The notes: generated by a model from the letters alone, not told the origin. Numbered from the stretch's first letter, positions 27,645 to 38,280 are shown. The stretch: DNA of 64,000 nt from an uncultured Armatimonadetes bacterium (GCA_963716175.1 OY970296.1:640001-704000), one strand, 5' to 3'. Program-made: numbers and translations.

Positions 27645-29743
27645 CCCGCGCCCTATGCCATCACTGCGGCCTGCCGGTGGGGGCGCTCAACTACCGAGGC
27701 CAGGAACACCCGTTCTGCTGCTATGGCTGCTACCTGGCCTGGCGGATCGTGGGAGAGCAGGGGCAGGCCGGCCCCTTCAGCGGCATCCTCGCCCGTCTCG
27801 GCATCGCGGGGGTGTTGGCGATGAACGTGATGATGGTCAGCCTCCTGCTCTACTCCGACTCGCTGGCGGGGATCGGCAGTGAGGCGATCAGGGTCTTCCG
27901 CTGGGTGCTGCTTGGGCTTTCTCTCCCCGTGCTGGCGATGCTGAGCCCGCCCTTCTTGCGAGGCGCGGTCCGAGACTTGCGCCAAGGCCAACCCCGAATG
28001 GACACCTTGATCGCGGTGGGCGCACTGGCCAGCTTCGGTGTCAGCGCGGCGCACGTGATAGAGAACCGCGGCTACATCTACTTCGATACCGCCGCCATGC
28101 TGCTGGTGCTGGTCACCGTCGGCCGCCTGCTGGAGGCCTCGGCCCGAGTCGAGGCCTCGCGTGCGCTGCAGGAACTGGTCCAACTGAAGCCCCCGATGGC
28201 GCGTCTGATCGGTCAGGGCGGTGACCAGGAGATACCGGTCGAGCAGGTCCGTGTCGGGGATCGAGTGCGAGTCCGGCCCGGCGAGCTGGTGCCGGCGGAC
28301 GGCGTCATCAGAGCCGGGGCGTCCTCGGTGCACGAGGCCGCGCTGACCGGGGAGTTCCACCCCCGTCCGTGCCAACCGGGGGACCGGGTTTTCGGCGGCA
28401 GCGCCAACGGCGAGGGCGAGATCATCCTGGAGGCCACTGCGGTCGGTGAAGGGACCCTGCTGGACCAGATCGCACGGCTGGTGAGGGAAGCCCAGGCCCG
28501 GCGCGCCCCGGCCGAGCGCCTGGCCGATCGCGCTGCCAGTGTCTTCGTGCCGCTGGTCTTCCTCATCGCCTCCGGGGCGTTGGGCTATTGGCTGTGGCAG
28601 GGAGATGCGGCGAAGGGCGGCATGAGCGCGCTGGCGGTGCTGGTGGTGGCCTGTCCCTGCGCCCTGGGTCTGGCCACCCCCCTGGCCATCTGCGTCGCCA
28701 TCGCCCGCGCCGCCCGCGAGGGAGTGCTGGTGCGGGCCGGCGAGGCCCTGGAGAAACTGTCCCGCGTCAGCACGGTGATCTTCGACAAGACCGGAACCTT
28801 GAGCGAGGGACTCCCTACGCTACGAGAGATCGCCTGCTGCCCAGCCGCGGCCTGCCGCCAGGATGAGGCGCTGGCCTGGCTGGCCTCCCTGGAGGGGGCG
28901 AGCGAGCATATCGTCGCCAGGAGCATTGTGAGCGCGGCCACCAACCGCGGCCTGGCGCTCGGCACAACCGAGGGGTTCCGCGCTTTCCCCGGCCAGGGCG
29001 CGCAGGGCCGGGTAGTGATGAACGGAACTCCTAGAGAGCTATGGGCCGGCACCCCGGCATTCCTCGAACAGCACGGCATTGACATCTCCTGCGCCGAAGC
29101 TCTGTCTGATCCTGAGCCCGCAGACACACTGGTCTTCGTTGCCTGGGAGGGGCGGGCGCGAGCGCGGGCGCGGCTGTCTGATAGCCCCCGGCCGGAGGCG
29201 GCCCAGGCCGTCCGCGAGCTCCAGCAGCAGCGCCTCGCGGTCATGATGCTCTCCGGCGATCGCCAGTCGGCGGCCGGCCATTTCGGCAGGGCCATCGGGA
29301 TTGCTGAAGTGAAAGCCGAACGCAATCCGGCAGAGAAGATCGCGGAGGTGCGCGCCCAGAAGGAGCGCGGGCGCGTGGTGGCGGTGGTGGGCGATGGCAT
29401 CAATGACGCGCCGGCCTTGGCCGAGGCCGATGTCGGTATCGCCATGGGCGGCGGCACTGATCTGGCGAGGGAAGTCGGCGATGTCACACTGCTGCGAGAT
29501 CGCCTGCTGCTCATCCCCTGGTCGCTCAAGCTGGCGCGCAGCACCTACCGCGTGATCCGCCAGAATCTGCTGTGGGCATTCGGCTACAATCTGGCCGCCA
29601 TCGGCCTCGCCTTCTTCGGCTATCTCCACCCCTTGATCGCGGCCCTCGCCATGCTGGGCAGCAGCTTGTTCGTGATCAGGAATTCGCTGGGATTAGCGCG
29701 GCAACCAGGCGGCTCACCTGAGTTGCGGCCGCAAGAGGCCTGA
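27641..29743 (+). CDS. ccoI: Cu-translocating P1B-type ATPase (CcoI/FixI-like)
   Basis: CHHCG..CCYGC N-terminus, TGE, ACPCALGLATP, DKTGT, SEH, GDGINDAPAL. Confidence 0.88.
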   Translation: MTRALCHHCGLPVGALNYRGQEHPFCCYGCYLAWRIVGEQGQAGPFSGILARLGIAGVLAMNVMMVSLLLYSDSLAGIGSEAIRVFRWVLLGLSLPVLAMLSPPFLRGAVRDLRQGQPRMDTLIAVGALASFGVSAAHVIENRGYIYFDTAAMLLVLVTVGRLLEASARVEASRALQELVQLKPPMARLIGQGGDQEIPVEQVRVGDRVRVRPGELVPADGVIRAGASSVHEAALTGEFHPRPCQPGDRVFGGSANGEGEIILEATAVGEGTLLDQIARLVREAQARRAPAERLADRAASVFVPLVFLIASGALGYWLWQGDAAKGGMSALAVLVVACPCALGLATPLAICVAIARAAREGVLVRAGEALEKLSRVSTVIFDKTGTLSEGLPTLREIACCPAAACRQDEALAWLASLEGASEHIVARSIVSAATNRGLALGTTEGFRAFPGQGAQGRVVMNGTPRELWAGTPAFLEQHGIDISCAEALSDPEPADTLVFVAWEGRARARARLSDSPRPEAAQAVRELQQQRLAVMMLSGDRQSAAGHFGRAIGIAEVKAERNPAEKIAEVRAQKERGRVVAVVGDGINDAPALAEADVGIAMGGGTDLAREVGDVTLLRDRLLLIPWSLKLARSTYRVIRQNLLWAFGYNLAAIGLAFFGYLHPLIAALAMLGSSLFVIRNSLGLARQPGGSPELRPQEA

Positions 29744-29745
29744 CC

Positions 29746-30833
29746 TCACCCGCCGCCCGTCTGCTTGCTCTTGCCGGCGATGGTGGCCATCAGGGTATCG
29801 AAGGAGTCGGCGAATAGCTTGACGCCATCGGTCGTGAGCTGTTCCGTGATGGCGTCGAGGCTGATGCCCAGCTCCTTCAGCCGCGCGAGCTGGGCCTTCG
29901 CCTCGCCCAATCCTCTTTCCAGGGTGAGTGCGACCTTGCCGTGATCCAAGAAGGCCTCGAGAGTGGCTGGCGGCACCGTGTTTACCGTGTGCGGCCCGAT
30001 CAGCTCGTCCACGTAGAGCGTATCCGGGTACTTGGGGTTCTTGGTGCTGGTGCTCGCCCACAGCGGCCTCTGCACCCGCGCGCCCGGCTCGCCAGCTTGT
30101 CCCAGCGAGGCCCGCGGAAGATCTCCCGGAACCTGGCATAGGCGACCTTGGCGTTGGCGATGGCGAGCTTGCCCAGCAGCTCGGTGTTCCCGCGCTGCTC
30201 CAGCTCCTTGTCCGCCATGGTGTCCACTCGACTCACGAAGAAAGAGGCCACCGAGGCCACCCGCGAGATGTCCTTCCCCTCCGCCAGCCGCTTCTCCAGG
30301 CCCTTGATATAGGCCTCGGCCGAGGCCTCGTACATCGCCAGCGAGAAGAGGAGCGTGACGTTGACGTTCACCGCATGCGCGATCAGCTCCTCGATCGCCG
30401 GGATGCCTTCCTTCGTGCCAGGCACCTTGATGAAGACATTCGGCCGGCCGAGCTTGGCGAACAGATCCTTGGCGCTGGCGACCGTCCCGGCCGTATCGTA
30501 GGCTAAGGCGGGGCTTACTTCCAGGCTGACATAGCCATCGCCGGTGGCGTCATGAACGGGCCGGAGGACGTCAGCCGCGCGGCCGATGTCCTCCAGCACC
30601 AGGGCCTCATAGATCTTCTCGGGGGATCTGCCCTCCTTGGCGAAGCGAGCCAGATCCTGGTCGTAGTCGCTGCTGCTGTCAACCGCCTTCTCCAGAATGC
30701 TCGGGTTCGAGGTAACCCCGCGCACGCCGCGGTTGATCCAGCCCTGCAGCTCGCCGCCCACTACGAAGGAGCGGCGGATATAGTCCAGCCAGACTGCTTG
30801 CCCCAGATCGGATAGTTCCTTGATGGTGGCCAT
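29746..30833 (-). CDS. tal: Transaldolase (frameshift near 30084)
   Basis: [43 protein letters not shown]; [13 protein letters not shown] continues in another frame (one G missing from a G run). Confidence 0.9.
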
Positions 30834-31035
30834 CGTCTTTCTCCCTTACTTGCCTTTCGCCACAGGCAATCTACCCCGACGCCGCGCCGCCTCCTGTACC
30901 CGACGGGCCACAGCGTCGCGCCAGCGTCTTCGGGAAGGCTCAAACCTTTGCGGGCCCCCGGCAGAGGGGCTTCGGCCGAGGGCTGGCGAATAGACCATCG
31001 GCGAAACTGCTCTGGTGAGGAAAGGAACCTGTCTG

Positions 31036-31827
31036 ATGGAGATTCAGCTCGGCTGCCTCAACCGCCCCTGGTATGAGTTCACCCTGGAGGAGGCCCTGTC
31101 GGGGATTGCCGGGGCCGGCTACCAGACTGTCGGCTTCACCGGCCAGCAAGGCCGCCCAGTGTTCTCGGCGGATTCCACGGACGAAGATATCGCCCAACTC
31201 AAGTCCCTGCTCCAGCGCCACCGACTCAAGCCCCAGGTAGTGATCAGCCAGCCCGACCTGGGCCTGGAGGCCGACGAGGCAGTCTATCGTTTCCAGCGCG
31301 AGATCGAGCGGGCACAGCGGCTCGGCCTGCGGTACTTCATCCTCTGTGGCACGGCCGAGGAGAGCAAGTACGAGCAGTGGTACTCGCTGGTGGAGCGGTG
31401 CCTCGACTACGCCGGCGAGCACGGCATCACTCTCCTGCTCAAGCCCCACGGCGGCATCAGCGCCCGGAGCGGTGACCTCCTGCGTGCCGCGCGGCGGCTC
31501 TCTCATTCCAGCTTTGGCCTGTGCTACGATCCGGGCAATATCTATTACTACACCGGCGAAAAGGCGGAAGAGGACCTGCCGGCGGTGGCGAAACAGGTCC
31601 GGGCGATGTGCATCAAAGACGAGCGAGGCGGCAGGCACGGCGAGGTCATGATCACACCGGGCACCGGGCTGGTGGACTTCCACCGCATCTTCTCCCTCCT
31701 GGGCGAGGCCGGGTTCCGAGGCCCGTGTTGGGTTGAGTGCGTGGGAGGGAAGACGGTGGCCGAGATCAACTCCGAGGCCAAGAAGACCTATCAGTTCGTC
31801 ACGGAAACCGTGGCGGGCCTCGCGTAG
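31036..31827 (+). CDS. Sugar phosphate isomerase/epimerase (xylose isomerase-like TIM barrel)
   Basis: LEEALSGIAGAGY, KPHGG, YDPGN, IKD, PGTGLVDF, GPCWVE. Confidence 0.82.
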   Translation: MEIQLGCLNRPWYEFTLEEALSGIAGAGYQTVGFTGQQGRPVFSADSTDEDIAQLKSLLQRHRLKPQVVISQPDLGLEADEAVYRFQREIERAQRLGLRYFILCGTAEESKYEQWYSLVERCLDYAGEHGITLLLKPHGGISARSGDLLRAARRLSHSSFGLCYDPGNIYYYTGEKAEEDLPAVAKQVRAMCIKDERGGRHGEVMITPGTGLVDFHRIFSLLGEAGFRGPCWVECVGGKTVAEINSEAKKTYQFVTETVAGLA

Positions 31828-31878
31828 GGACGTGATTCATCACGCCCGCGCTCAGGGCGCCATGAACTGCGCCCCTAC
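31824..31878. repeat. GTAG-type REP doublet
   Basis: GTAGGGACGTGATTCATCACGCCC ... GGGCGCCATGAACTGCGCCCCTAC; GTAG overlaps the stop codon. Confidence 0.8.
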
Positions 31879-31881
31879 CTA

Positions 31882-31977
31882 CTGAGCTTCGCTCAAAGAA
31901 GTAAGGGGGCGAAGCTCAGGCAACTGCTCAGACGGGCCCAGAGCGGCGTTCGCACATTACTTCTTTGTGCGAACGCC
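31882..31977. repeat. Two inverted hairpins sharing the loop CAAAGAAGTAA / TTACTTCTTTG
   Basis: CTGAGCTTCGC..GCGAAGCTCAG and GGCGTTCGCACA..TGTGCGAACGCC. Confidence 0.75.
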
Positions 31978-32012
31978 ATTAGCCGCTGCAGCCGATGAGA
32001 GGAGCAAAGAAC

Positions 32013-32749
32013 ATGGAGTGGCAGCGCTGGAGTCAGCAGTTGGCAGACGCGCTCGCCCTGAAAGCGGCGCCGATTGCGATCAGCTATACCGATGCCGCAC
32101 CCAAGCGGGCCTCTGATGGGAAATGCCGCGCCTGCACTGCGCTGCTTCAGGCCGCGCAGGGCCAAGTGCTCGACCTCACGCCCGAGAACTCGACCTGTCC
32201 CGGGGGCTCCCAGTACCTGGGGCTGCGGGCGCAGGATCCGGCCCACGCCCGGGCCCTGCGAGGCTTTCTCATCAATGGCGAGAAGCTCCTCGGCTCCTGC
32301 GTCGCCATCCATCGCATGATGGCCCTCACCCCGGCCAAGCCGCCTTTCGGGGCGGCCGATCATGTCATCTCTCGCCGCTGGCCAGCGCGGAGTTTCGACC
32401 CGATGTCGCCGTCTTCGTAGTGAACGCCTGGCAGGCCGCCCGGCTGGTGAACCTCGCGGTGTTCGAGACTGGCGAGCCCATGGAATGCGACCCCAGCGGA
32501 TCGCTCTGCCGCGCCGTGATCGCCTACCCACTGATCACCAACCGGGTCAATGTCAGCTTCGGCGATGTCACCGCGCGCCGGAGCGAGAAGATGGGGGAGA
32601 ATGAGCTGTTTGTCACCCTCCCCTTCACTCATCTCCGCTCGGTGGTGGAGAGCCTGGACAAGTGCAGCGCGGGCACGGCCAAGTCGGAGCTGCCTCCGGC
32701 CATGCGGCGCGTGATGGAGGAATCGGGCGGGGAGGCGCTGGAGTTCTGA
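32013..32749 (+). CDS. DUF169-family protein (frameshift near 32370)
   Basis: RBS GAGGAG; LKAAPIAISY, CPGGSQYLG, then SPL..FRPDVAVF, SGSLC, SFGDVTAR, ELFVTLP in a shifted frame. Confidence 0.78.
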
Positions 32750-32788
32750 CGCGAAAGCAGAGCGGGTGGCCGATCTGCCTTGCCTGCC

Positions 32789-34747
32789 CTACCGATAGGC
32801 GCGGATGATCGAGTTCACGGCCACCCACACCCCGGAGCTGACCATGTCGCCCACGATCAGCCCGATGGCCAGCGGCATCGTCCGCCGATAGAGCCGGAGG
32901 CCGCCGTAGCGGATGGTCAGAGTCTTCCACACCCAGCCCACAAAGAGCGGCATCCAGAACCAGTGCATCCCCCAGCAGTTGGCCGCAAGGTAGCCGATGG
33001 GGTGGAGCGGCCACCACCAGAAGCGCAGCCGCAGCACCCCCAGTAGGATCGCCACCACCGCCCCCACCCCGATCCCCATGGTGCCGTCGAGGTCGAACTT
33101 GGAGGGATTGGCCACCATCCCGTAGATGCGCTCGCCCACATAGCCCAGCTGTGACCCGAGCCAACCGGAAGTCGAGGCGCGGATGTTGAAGAATCCGTAG
33201 TGGTACATCCCGGTCAGCACCACATAGATGCCAATCGCCACCGAAAACACGAACCCGGCCAGCATGGCGGCCAGCAGCGGCCGGGAGGGCACGCGGGCCG
33301 CGTCCGCGATCTTGAGGGACTCCAACGCGTTGCCAGTGCAGACCTCGAAGGATTCGCCGAAGCCGGGGAAGTAGGTCCAGCGCAAGCCGATCAGCACCAC
33401 CGCCTCGCCGGGCCGCAGCACCGCGCTCCCGAATGGCACCACGATGAAATCCTCCGCGCCCAGCGGGAACGGCAGGAATCCCAGGCCGGTCTCGGCCCGC
33501 AGGCGAGCCCACATCACGTAATAGGCCACCACGATGGTGACCAGGACCAGGCCCACGATCAACCGCGCGCCGGCCAGCCAGCAGAAGTAGATGAGAAACC
33601 CGAAGGAGAGCAGGAAGCCGAGGAAGATCCAGCGATAGGCGAGTGGTTCGTCCAGCTCGCGGGGTCCGGATCGGCGGGCGAAGGTAGTCCGCCAGCTCCG
33701 AGCCAGGTGCCGCCGCCCGGTCCACAGCGCCCAGGCCCCGAGCGCCAGCACCGTTCCTCCTCCCTGGTAATAGGGCGCGGGGAAGGTGCTGCTGTACCAT
33801 TCCTCCGGGGCCTGCGGAGTGGCGCCCGCCGCGATCGCGGTCACCGTGAGGGCCACCCGGATGAACCAGAAAAGCCAGCAAGAGAACGAGAGCTCCTTCG
33901 GGATGAGAAAGGCAAGGGCGATCATCCAGAAATCGAGGATGAGGTCTATCTGCCCCAACCCGGCCCACGGCCCGGTGGCCTGCCGCGCCATCAGCATCTT
34001 ACCGCTGATCGGGATGGAAGGAATAGCGGGGAACAAGCCTGACAGGCCGTTGATCAGGCCAATCGCCATCGGGATCAGAAACCCAATCCAGAAGCCCCAG
34101 GCCAGAGGCAGACGGGCCGAGTCGCCGCGCCCCCCCGGCTCAGAGACCATCTCCAGCGGCACCTGAGCTAACGGGAAGCTCAGCCGCTCATGAGTGATCC
34201 ATTGACGCCGGAAAAGCAGCACCAGGCACAGGGTGCAGAGAAACAGCGCTACCAGGAAGAGCGACCAGGCCGCGAGAGGCGTTGACCACAGCCCCCAGGG
34301 CACGGCGGCCTGACCCTGGAAATAGTTCTCTACCGCGGTGACATCAGTGGGCCCGAACCAGGCGGGGATGAACTGGAAGTAGGTGGTCACCCAGAGCGGG
34401 ATGGCGCGCGCCAGGTACTGCTGGATGATGTTGTAGGGCAGCATCCAGGCCAAGATGCCATGGGTGACCAGAGGGCCGCCGACGATCACGATGCTGTAGA
34501 TGGTCAGCAGCTCGCGGCGGGTAAGCCGGCCGAGTCGCAGCTTTGGCAGCGCCGGGTTGATCGCGGTCAGCAGGAAGAGAATCACCAGCGGCGCCATCGC
34601 CGGCACCCCGGAGGCGAACATGTAGGTGGCGCCGTAGACGAGCTCGCCGTAGAAGGCGGCGGGAGCGATCAGGGTGAGCAGGACGAAGGCGATCACCAGC
34701 GCCCGCAGGCTGATGCCTCTGTCGCCGCTTTGCCTTCGTCCACTCAT
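32789..34747 (-). CDS. DUF6785/DUF6784-type multi-pass membrane protein (putative peptide/solute transporter)
   Basis: RRQWITHERLSFPLAQVPL, ARLRAETG, RLRFWWWPLHPIGY, IRYGG..LYRR..PLAIGLIVGD. Confidence 0.75.
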   Translation of the reverse strand: MSGRRQSGDRGISLRALVIAFVLLTLIAPAAFYGELVYGATYMFASGVPAMAPLVILFLLTAINPALPKLRLGRLTRRELLTIYSIVIVGGPLVTHGILAWMLPYNIIQQYLARAIPLWVTTYFQFIPAWFGPTDVTAVENYFQGQAAVPWGLWSTPLAAWSLFLVALFLCTLCLVLLFRRQWITHERLSFPLAQVPLEMVSEPGGRGDSARLPLAWGFWIGFLIPMAIGLINGLSGLFPAIPSIPISGKMLMARQATGPWAGLGQIDLILDFWMIALAFLIPKELSFSCWLFWFIRVALTVTAIAAGATPQAPEEWYSSTFPAPYYQGGGTVLALGAWALWTGRRHLARSWRTTFARRSGPRELDEPLAYRWIFLGFLLSFGFLIYFCWLAGARLIVGLVLVTIVVAYYVMWARLRAETGLGFLPFPLGAEDFIVVPFGSAVLRPGEAVVLIGLRWTYFPGFGESFEVCTGNALESLKIADAARVPSRPLLAAMLAGFVFSVAIGIYVVLTGMYHYGFFNIRASTSGWLGSQLGYVGERIYGMVANPSKFDLDGTMGIGVGAVVAILLGVLRLRFWWWPLHPIGYLAANCWGMHWFWMPLFVGWVWKTLTIRYGGLRLYRRTMPLAIGLIVGDMVSSGVWVAVNSIIRAYR

Positions 34748-34907
34748 CAAGGTCAGCTCACGCTGGCTGTAGTCGTTGCTCAGTCACCGGCCCTCGACGC
34801 GCCTCCTTCGGTGCGCGTCGCGCGCTGTCCTGCGGATGCCGCTGGGCAGGGGAAACCGGCGGCAAGCCAGAAGACCCCGGCAGTTCGCGATGGCTGGGAG
34901 GGTGCGG

Positions 34908-35993
34908 ATGAAGATCACTCGGGTCGAGCCGATTCACGTGGGATGGAACCTGCTGGTCCGCGTGCATACCGATGAGGGCATCACCGGCTACGGCGAGTGC
35001 AGCCCCATGAACAACCGGCTGGTGGCCGCGCATCTCGAGCATGCGCTCGGCTCCTTGGCCCTGGGCCGCGATCCCTTCGATGTGGAGGCGATGGTCGAGC
35101 GCATGCTGATCGAGACCTACAAGGTCGCCGGCCAGAGCATGGCGATGGCGCTGAGCGGGATCGAGATCGCGTGCTGGGACATCCTGGGCAAGGCGCTGGG
35201 CCAGCCCATCTACAAGCTGTTGGGCGGGGCCTACCGCAAGCGCATCCGCATGTACGCCTCCAGCATGAGCCGTAAGATCACGCCATTAGAGGAAGCCAAG
35301 CGCCTCGCCGGCCTGGTCGAGAAGCACGGATTCACCGCGGTCAAGATCAGGGTGGGCAGCGTCTTCGGCTTCGATCAGGACGCCTGGCCAGGCCGCTCGG
35401 TCGAGCTGGTGAAGGAAGTGAGGGCCGCGCTCGGAGAGGAGGTCGAGATCATGGTGGACGGCAATAGCTGCTACTCGGCCCCCCGGGCGATTCAGCTTGG
35501 CCGCGAGCTGGAGCGCTATCACGTGTTTCACTTCGAGGAGCCCTGCCCTTATTGGGATCTCGCCTCCACCGCCAAGGTGGCGAAGGCGCTCGACCTGCCG
35601 GTCGCCGGCGGCGAGCAGGACTGGGACCTGCGGCGCTTCAGGGAGATGCTGGAGCTGGACGCCGTGGACATTGTCCAGCCGGATGTGATCAAGGCCGGCG
35701 GTTTCCTGGTGTGCAAGAAGATCGCGGCGGTGGCGGAGGCCTTCGGGGCGGTGTGCACCCCGCATCAGACCCAGCCCCTGGGTACTGTCGTCAACCTCCA
35801 CTTCGCGGCCAGCACCCCCAACTGCCGCTACTCCCAAGAGTACAACATCGAGTCCCACCCCTTGCGCGATTCCCTCTTCACCGAGCCGGTGCTGGAGATC
35901 AAGGACGGACATCTCACCGTCCCGGAGGGGCCCGGGTTGGGCGTGGAGATCAACGAAGAGACGCTGCGCGCCTCAGCCGCAGGCGCAGGATAG
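34908..35993 (+). CDS. Mandelate racemase/muconate lactonizing enzyme family (enolase superfamily)
   Basis: TDEGITGYGE, WDILGKALGQPIYKLLGG, MVDGN, FEEP, AGGE, QPD, PEGPGLG. Confidence 0.9.
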   Translation: MKITRVEPIHVGWNLLVRVHTDEGITGYGECSPMNNRLVAAHLEHALGSLALGRDPFDVEAMVERMLIETYKVAGQSMAMALSGIEIACWDILGKALGQPIYKLLGGAYRKRIRMYASSMSRKITPLEEAKRLAGLVEKHGFTAVKIRVGSVFGFDQDAWPGRSVELVKEVRAALGEEVEIMVDGNSCYSAPRAIQLGRELERYHVFHFEEPCPYWDLASTAKVAKALDLPVAGGEQDWDLRRFREMLELDAVDIVQPDVIKAGGFLVCKKIAAVAEAFGAVCTPHQTQPLGTVVNLHFAASTPNCRYSQEYNIESHPLRDSLFTEPVLEIKDGHLTVPEGPGLGVEINEETLRASAAGAG

Positions 35994-36036
35994 CCTGATC
36001 CCGCCCGAAGCAGTAGCAGGCTAGCCTGCCGGCCGG

Positions 36037-37458
36037 CTAACAAGCCGGAAGGCTGGCGGCGGCCACTGCCTGGCCGACGCGACGGCTGGACTCGTCCGGG
36101 AGGTGGACAGAGATCGTGCCGACCAGTTCCGGGAACTCCGCGTTCAGCACCTCCTGGGCCTTCCGCAGGATGATGGCACCCCCCTCCCCCGAAGTCACCC
36201 GGCCCATGATCAGGACATGGTTCAGGTCATAGATATCGGCGTAGTAGGCGGTGCCGTATCCCAGGTAGCAGCCGATGCTCTCGAAGATCCTCCTCGCCCG
36301 GTCATCTCCCTTCGCCATCAACGCCTGCACCGATTCCAGCATCTGGGCCGGGGTCTGGTGCTCATCGAGCACGATGCCGGCGGCCGGCGCCAGCCGGACC
36401 ACCGCGTTCTGGCAGAAGTACTGCACCCCGCACCCTCGGTCGCCGGACCACTCATCCATCGGCGCCTTGGGGTGGAAGTCCACCGGCACGAAGGCCAGCT
36501 CGTTCAGCCATCTGGTGATATTGCCCTCCCGATCCACATAGCCGCCGGCCTCGCTCGAGCCCAGAGCGATCCCCAGCACCGCGTTGGCGTTCAGGGTCAT
36601 GGAGCCGGCTAACGCCGTCACTTCGCCATCGTTGACCACCTCGAGGGGAACCCCCCATTCTTTCTGCATGTCGAGGAACAGATTCTTCACCCTCCGATCG
36701 AACAGGTCGCGCGGGACCCCCCGGAACAGCGAGGCCACCATCACCCGGTTGTTGATGTAGACCCCAGCCGCGCTGCCCCCGATGGCGTCCACCCGCGGCA
36801 TGCGGGCGGCCGCCCGGTGCAGTCCCGACATGATCTCGTGATAGTGGTAAGCGGGGTCGCTCTGATTCCGCGGGTCCCATACCACCTCTTCGCTGAAGAT
36901 CGCCTCCCCCTCCACCACCGCGGTCACTTTGCGGTCGCTCGCGCCCAGGTCGAAGCCGATACGGTAGCCGTCGAGATGGCGCCCCAGGGCCACCGACTCC
37001 TCCCGCTGCTCCGGAACCCTCTCGGCCGCCGTGATCTCGACCACGAACGGGTGCTCATAGACTCCGGCCATGAAGTCAACGTCAAAGGCCCGCGCTCCCT
37101 GGGGCGAGTAGACCCGGCGGATGTGCTCACCCACCTCCCTGGGCCCCCCGATGATCACCCGGTGGCCGCCGCGCTGCCAGAGCAGCGTCTTGACCAGGCG
37201 CTCGACGTACTCCAGGCCCATCGCGCCCAGCTGATGGCTCGCCGGCAGCACTCTGGTTCTGAATACAGAGACTGAGCCGTCACCCCGGGCGATGCCGATC
37301 ACGAGAGGAACGGCCTTACCAGTCGCCTCCGCCGCCTTCAGGAAGGCGTGGTTCGCCAACACCCCGGGGCGGAAGGCCGGGTCGAGAGGGGGAGCAACTC
37401 GCGCCTCGATGTCAGAGAACATAGCGCGCACCACCTTGTAGCCTTGATCTTCTCTCAT
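36037..37458 (-). CDS. ROK-family protein with N-terminal extension
   Basis: IGFDLGASDRK, VVNDGEVTALAG, ALGSSEAGG, NELAF. Confidence 0.82.
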   Translation of the reverse strand: MREDQGYKVVRAMFSDIEARVAPPLDPAFRPGVLANHAFLKAAEATGKAVPLVIGIARGDGSVSVFRTRVLPASHQLGAMGLEYVERLVKTLLWQRGGHRVIIGGPREVGEHIRRVYSPQGARAFDVDFMAGVYEHPFVVEITAAERVPEQREESVALGRHLDGYRIGFDLGASDRKVTAVVEGEAIFSEEVVWDPRNQSDPAYHYHEIMSGLHRAAARMPRVDAIGGSAAGVYINNRVMVASLFRGVPRDLFDRRVKNLFLDMQKEWGVPLEVVNDGEVTALAGSMTLNANAVLGIALGSSEAGGYVDREGNITRWLNELAFVPVDFHPKAPMDEWSGDRGCGVQYFCQNAVVRLAPAAGIVLDEHQTPAQMLESVQALMAKGDDRARRIFESIGCYLGYGTAYYADIYDLNHVLIMGRVTSGEGGAIILRKAQEVLNAEFPELVGTISVHLPDESSRRVGQAVAAASLPAC

Positions 37459-37636
37459 CAGAAGCCCCGGAGGGCCTCGATCCCTTCGCGACGCATGCAG
37501 TCATTCTCCGTCCGGCAGGCCGTCTCCTGTGGGAGCCGTCGGCGGAGTTCGGCGCGACCCGGGTCGGCCCCCGGAGCTACAGGCCGCGCCGCGGCGCTGT
37601 GTGAAGCCCGGAAAGGGGCGCGGACGGCGAGCAAGA

Positions 37637-38280
37637 CTATCCGCCCCGCTTCCGAGCGAGCAGCCGCCAGTGCCAGTGGCTTCGCTCGCCTTCTCTGTAC
37701 TCGTGCTCGACGAGGGACTCGATCTCGTACCCGCTGAGGAGACCGCGTATCTCCTCCTCTGTGCAGTAGTGGTGGGGAATGGGTCCTTTCCGATGGTTCT
37801 CATCCACCCAGGTGCCGGGGCCAATCTCGCGACCCAGGCCGCAGCACCAGTGTCGAGTAGAGGGGGTGGCCCACACCAACAGCCCGTCCGCAGCCAGCTT
37901 ACGGGTGGCCAGGCCGATGATCCGGCGGAGCATAGGACCGTCAACATGATGGATGGAATGCGACGCCACGATGCCATCGAAGTAGCTGTCCGGGAAAGGG
38001 ATCTCGGACATCTCCACCGCCACCACCGCCGCGCCCAGTCCGGCCTTCGCCAGGTTCTCTCGGCAGGCCGCCAGGGCCGTGGGCGCGTTGTCGGTGCCTG
38101 TAACCTCGCACCCGCGCGCAGCAAGGCAGACAGTGTGGCGGCCCAGGCCGCAGCCGATATCCAGCACCCGGGCGCCCGGCGCGAGGTGGTCGGCCATTAC
38201 CGTGACCTGGGGCAGAGGGGGGAATTCCTCCCACAGCTTCACCACTTCGGGGTCCTGCCACAGCTTCTCCCAGCCGTCAT
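37637..38280 (-). CDS. Class I SAM-dependent methyltransferase (probable 1-nt indel next to the start)
   Basis: VLDIGCGLGRH, FPDSYFD; in-frame DGWEKLWQD lies upstream of the track start, and the ATG at 38280 is one base out of frame. Confidence 0.8.

Noticed and set aside
29746-30833. Programmed ribosomal frameshift or pseudogene status for tal and the other split genes
   Set aside because: No slippery heptamer with a stimulatory structure and no accumulated stops; the pattern fits consensus errors.
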